DNA from: Francisellaceae bacterium
Lineage (GTDB): Bacteria > Pseudomonadota > Gammaproteobacteria > UBA6186 > Azoamicaceae
NCBI GenBank assembly: GCA_040383965.1
Contig: JBEICO010000001.1
Location: 1-30,866 of the forward strand
Direction: 5' to 3'
DNA length: 30,866 bases
Part shown: piece after piece, positions 27,384 to 30,866 of the stretch
How positions within the stretch are numbered: position 1 is the first letter of the stretch
Layout: each line of letters begins with the position of its first letter
Program-made: the position numbers and the translations under genes
The notes under the pieces: model-generated
The model's database searches: none
Told to the model about the DNA's origin: nothing
The model's input: only the letters and a program-made list of their open reading frames with translations

Positions 27384-28761
27384 ACTTCGCTGCCTGCAAG
27401 GATCTTGTTTTTGCTTTTTCAAGTCCTATTAATGTTAATACTTTGGCAAGCTCTGGCCCATGCAGCTCGCCTGTTAATGCAGCTCTAAGTGGGAGAAACA
27501 ATGCTTTTCCTTTCAATCCGGTTCTTTCTTGTAACATTTGAATCAACATTTGATATGTCATGCTAGGATCTTCTACCAACTTCGAGGCAACCTTAAAAAA
27601 TTCTGAGCCCGTGTCTTGGAAGACTTTGATAACTTCTTGCGAATACTCCAACTCTCCAAAAATGGCTTTCGCCCAAGTCACCGCTTCCGTAGGCATTACG
27701 AGGTTAGATTGGATCGCACCCACAAAGGCTTCTTGATGTGCTGGTGGCACCCATTGCTCAACATAAGGCGAAATGTGTGACCAACAAGCTTTCCAAGGAC
27801 TTTTATGCATGGTTTCCTTCTGCCAACACTGTAATTGTGCTGCATCATAATGTGCAGGAGAATGGCTCATATGACTCAATCCAAAATGCTGCGATAATCC
27901 CTGTAAATCAAATAAGTCCATTTCGGGCATATGGTGACCCAACCGTGACAAATAATTTAAGATTGCTACCGGAAAATACCCTTCTTGACGCAATTCTTGA
28001 ATAGAACGACTCCCATTTCGTTTGGATAAAGGACGGCTATCAGGTCCCAAAATCGTTGGGAAATGCCCATAAGAAGGGATAGGTAACTTTAAGGACTGTA
28101 AAATGAGGATTTGTCTTGGAGTATTGGTTAAGTGATCGTCGCCTCTTAAGGCATGTGTGACTTCCAGCAATGCATCATCAATAGCATTACAAAACATAAA
28201 CGAAGCACTGCCATCATTACGGCGAATAATGAAATCGCCAATATGATTGGTTTCAAAATGCTGCTCGCCTTTGATCAGATCTGTAAAATTAACCTGTTGC
28301 TGATTAGAAACTTCAAAGCGTAACGTAAAAGGAACACCTGCTGCTTTTTTAGCCTGAATTTCCGCAGCGCTTAACTTCCGACAGGTCCCAGGATATCGAG
28401 GAGCCTGATGTGAAGCCAGTTGAACTTTGCGAGTGATAGCCAGATGCTCCTCAGTACAAAAACAGGGATATGCCCCGCCTGCAGCTTCCAGGGCTTCAAA
28501 ATAATGATTATAAATTGCTTGGCGTTCTGACTGATAATAAGGACCTTCTTGCCAATCTATGCCAAGCCATTGTAAATCTGCCAGGATAGCGTCTCTATAC
28601 TGCTTTTCGGAACGATTATTATCGGTATCCTCTATTCTTAATAAAAATGTACCTTGTAATTGCTTTGCAGCAAGATAGTTGAATAGTGCCGTACGAAGAT
28701 TTCCAAAATGCATCAGACCAGTCGGACTAGGGGCAAAACGGGTTTTTACTTGAATATTCAT
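27367..28761 (-). CDS. gltX: Glutamate--tRNA ligase (GluRS2-like)
   Basis: TRFAPSPTG, HFGN, LRIEDTD, CFC..YPGTC, LSKR; full anticodon-binding domain. Start placed at MNIQVK (28761). Confidence 0.93.
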   Translation of the reverse strand: MNIQVKTRFAPSPTGLMHFGNLRTALFNYLAAKQLQGTFLLRIEDTDNNRSEKQYRDAILADLQWLGIDWQEGPYYQSERQAIYNHYFEALEAAGGAYPCFCTEEHLAITRKVQLASHQAPRYPGTCRKLSAAEIQAKKAAGVPFTLRFEVSNQQQVNFTDLIKGEQHFETNHIGDFIIRRNDGSASFMFCNAIDDALLEVTHALRGDDHLTNTPRQILILQSLKLPIPSYGHFPTILGPDSRPLSKRNGSRSIQELRQEGYFPVAILNYLSRLGHHMPEMDLFDLQGLSQHFGLSHMSHSPAHYDAAQLQCWQKETMHKSPWKACWSHISPYVEQWVPPAHQEAFVGAIQSNLVMPTEAVTWAKAIFGELEYSQEVIKVFQDTGSEFFKVASKLVEDPSMTYQMLIQMLQERTGLKGKALFLPLRAALTGELHGPELAKVLTLIGLEKAKTRSLQAAKYATHL

Positions 28762-28852
28762 GCTTGAATTGTAACAATTTAGAAGCATCCAGGATAGTCC
28801 AGCAGAAAAAGGCATTTACCTGTGATAAACTGGCGGTTTTAAAGGAGGGGCT

Positions 28853-29350
28853 ATGGCTTCAGTTAAACTACAAACGTCTCTGGGATCCATTTTAATTGAG
28901 TTAGATGAGAAAGCTGCACCTGAAACCACCCAAAATTTTCTAACGCTTGTTAAAGCAGGATACTATACCAACACTATTTTTCATCGAGTGATCAAAGGAT
29001 TTATGGTTCAAGGGGGTGGCTTTGAAATCAATATGGTGCAAAAGGCACACCAAAAGCCAATTCAAAATGAAGCAAAATCTGGTTTAAAAAACGAAGTCGG
29101 TACCATTGCCATGGCTCGGACAAATGATCCCCATTCTGCATCTTCGCAATTTTTTATAAATGTCGCGAATAATTCCTTTCTTAACTTTAAAAGCGAAACT
29201 CCTGATGGCTTTGGATATTGTGCTTTTGGAAAGGTAATAGATGGAATGGATGTCGTCTTAGAAATGAGCCAAGCTACCACAACAAGTCGTGCAGGCCATG
29301 GTGACGTCCCTGTAGAAGACATCATACTAATAACGGCTGAAGTATTATAA
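28853..29350 (+). CDS. ppiB: Cyclophilin-type peptidyl-prolyl isomerase
   Basis: FHRVIKGFMVQGGG, GTIAMART.DPHSASSQFFIN, GYCAFGKV. Confidence 0.96.
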   Translation: MASVKLQTSLGSILIELDEKAAPETTQNFLTLVKAGYYTNTIFHRVIKGFMVQGGGFEINMVQKAHQKPIQNEAKSGLKNEVGTIAMARTNDPHSASSQFFINVANNSFLNFKSETPDGFGYCAFGKVIDGMDVVLEMSQATTTSRAGHGDVPVEDIILITAEVL

Positions 29351-30075
29351 TGACCACCTATTTTATCTCAGATCTCCACCTTTCCGCTAAAGATCCCAAA
29401 ACATCTGAGCTTTTCTTAAAATTCTTAGATCAAGATCTCAAAAACGCGCAAGCACTTTATATATTGGGAGATTTTTTCGATTCTTGGATAGGCGATGATA
29501 ATCCCGATCCACACTACCACCAAATCATGCAAACCCTAGCTGAAGTGAATCAAAGTGGGATCCCTGTTTATATTATGCATGGAAATAGGGACTTCTTAAT
29601 GGGCGATCAATTTATCAAAGATTCGAATTGCACCTTGCTTGCAGATCCTACTGTTATTCACTTATTTGACAAAAAAATAGTATTGTCGCATGGCGATCAA
29701 CTATGTACTCTAGACAAAAAATATCAGTGGTTTAGGCGTTTTGTTCGACATCCCTTAGTTCAAAAAGCTTTTTTAAAGTTACCCCTTTCATGGCGGATCA
29801 CCATTGCCTCTTGGCTTAGAAAAAACTCTACGCGCACTAAAATAAATAACCATCAAATTCCAAGGCATTGTGATGTGGTTTCGTATGAAGTCTATAAGCT
29901 GCTTCGCGAATACGGTGCTTCTACCTTGATTCATGGTCATACGCATCAACCCAAAATTGAAGAATTCATTTTAGATGGTCAACCTGCCAAACGAATTGTA
30001 CTCGGCGACTGGGAGAATACTGGAATTATTTTGGCATATTCAGCTGAAGGCTTAGAGCTAAAATCTATTTTATGA
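29350..30075 (+). CDS. lpxH: UDP-2,3-diacylglucosamine diphosphatase
   Basis: ISDLHL, LGDFFD.WIGDD, HGNRDFL, SHGD, HGHTH, LGDW; canonical position after ppiB. Confidence 0.96.
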   Translation: MTTYFISDLHLSAKDPKTSELFLKFLDQDLKNAQALYILGDFFDSWIGDDNPDPHYHQIMQTLAEVNQSGIPVYIMHGNRDFLMGDQFIKDSNCTLLADPTVIHLFDKKIVLSHGDQLCTLDKKYQWFRRFVRHPLVQKAFLKLPLSWRITIASWLRKNSTRTKINNHQIPRHCDVVSYEVYKLLREYGASTLIHGHTHQPKIEEFILDGQPAKRIVLGDWENTGIILAYSAEGLELKSIL

Positions 30076-30761
30076 AGTTTACCCTCAAACTATTTTGGGG
30101 CAGCCACCTCTTCATGTTGTTCTTGCTCATCCTATGGTTTTCTCCGCTTACGCAACCATTTTGCCAATTAATCGATAATAATATCTTTTTTGTGCTAAAT
30201 GGCAGCCTTAGAAATCATCCCTTCCTAGAATATTTTTGGGGCATGTTAAACCATCGTCGAGAAGTACTTTTAAATTTATTGGCGGCGGCAGGAATTAGCT
30301 TCTGGGCAATTATGGCCACCAAGGATCCCATCTTAAGAAAAGAGCAAATCAAACAAGTATTATACTTTTGGGTTTGCTTTGAAATTGGCTTCCAACTGCA
30401 AGATGTTATTTTTAACCGATTCTTAGAAATACAACGTCTCTCACCTTCTCTGGTATTGCAACCTGTTGTAAAACTGTCGAGTCTTCTTGAAAACTCAAAT
30501 ATTAAAGACTTTTCGAGGAACTCTTTTCCAAGTGGCCATGCCTTTGCCATGATTTATTGGGGTTCTTTTACTTTTATATCCGCACCTAAACACATTGCAA
30601 GATTGGGATTGCTCTTTGCTATCTTTTTCTGCCTACCCAGATTATATAGTGGCGCACACTGGTTTAGTGATGAAGTTTTCTCGGGAGTATTAGCTCTAGT
30701 TTGGCTAAGCTGGACAATTAATATTCCACTCTATCGCAAGATCATCGGGGTCAAGTTCTAA
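30072..30761 (+). CDS. LpxT/YeiU-like PAP2 membrane phosphatase/phosphotransferase
   Basis: ID..IF..LN..L, LNHR, QRLSPSL, KD.SR.SFPSGH, PRLYSGAHWFSD; ATGA overlap with lpxH. Confidence 0.85.
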   Translation: MKFTLKLFWGSHLFMLFLLILWFSPLTQPFCQLIDNNIFFVLNGSLRNHPFLEYFWGMLNHRREVLLNLLAAAGISFWAIMATKDPILRKEQIKQVLYFWVCFEIGFQLQDVIFNRFLEIQRLSPSLVLQPVVKLSSLLENSNIKDFSRNSFPSGHAFAMIYWGSFTFISAPKHIARLGLLFAIFFCLPRLYSGAHWFSDEVFSGVLALVWLSWTINIPLYRKIIGVKF

Positions 30762-30773
30762 GCATATCATTCC

Positions 30774-30866
30774 TGATCTTCCCCCGAAAAAACGGACATA
30801 TTGCTAAGCAACTTGTTTTTCCTCAAACGCTATTGGACTCAAATAGCCCAGTTTCGAATGAAGACG
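30774..30866 (-). mobile_element. Right end of an IS3-family element (transposase C-terminus at 30804-30866, cut by the window edge)
   Basis: Minus-strand RLHSKLGYLSPIAFEEKQVA*; terminal IR TGATCTTCCCCC...GGACA resembles the IS3 end. Confidence 0.85.

Noticed and set aside
27384-27422. N-terminal extensions of cysS (also gltX 28762-28815, potD 5696-5767, potB 7310-7321, short paralogue 21307-21366)
   Set aside because: ORF-caller over-extensions; downstream ATGs match homologous N-termini or coupled overlaps.

Overview
AT-rich gammaproteobacterial chromosome segment. Gene order and cargo suggest a Legionellales/Coxiellaceae-like, possibly intracellular organism (inference only). The backbone is housekeeping: partial methyltransferase-like gene, tadA, xseA, OprO/P-type porin, GIN/DUF2807 protein, potABCD, ppiD, tRNA-Asp/Val, hupB, lon, clpX, clpP, tig, tRNA-Leu/Lys, tRNA-His/Arg/Pro, folD, DUF432-like gene, mscS, cysS, gltX, ppiB, lpxH, an LpxT-like PAP2 gene, and an IS3 end at the right edge. 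The accessory part is a decayed 3.8-kb island in tRNA-His, bounded by 48-bp att repeats (47/48 identical). It holds the last ~68 codons of a tyrosine integrase, stacked remnants of three IS families, a Sel1-repeat protein with poly-Ala, a KRRK NLS-like motif and an acidic tail, and a short paralogue that shares only its two termini. Just outside the island is an orphan lipoprotein whose helix closely matches the Rabex-5 ubiquitin-binding MIU motif. Other notable items: a structured leader in front of two Cys-containing secreted mini-proteins, an LpxT-like enzyme with a phosphatase-type motif coupled to lpxH, a GluRS2-like synthetase coupled to cysS, and several REP/BoxC-like repeats. No CRISPR array or complete defence system was found. 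All family assignments come from motif recognition, not database searches.
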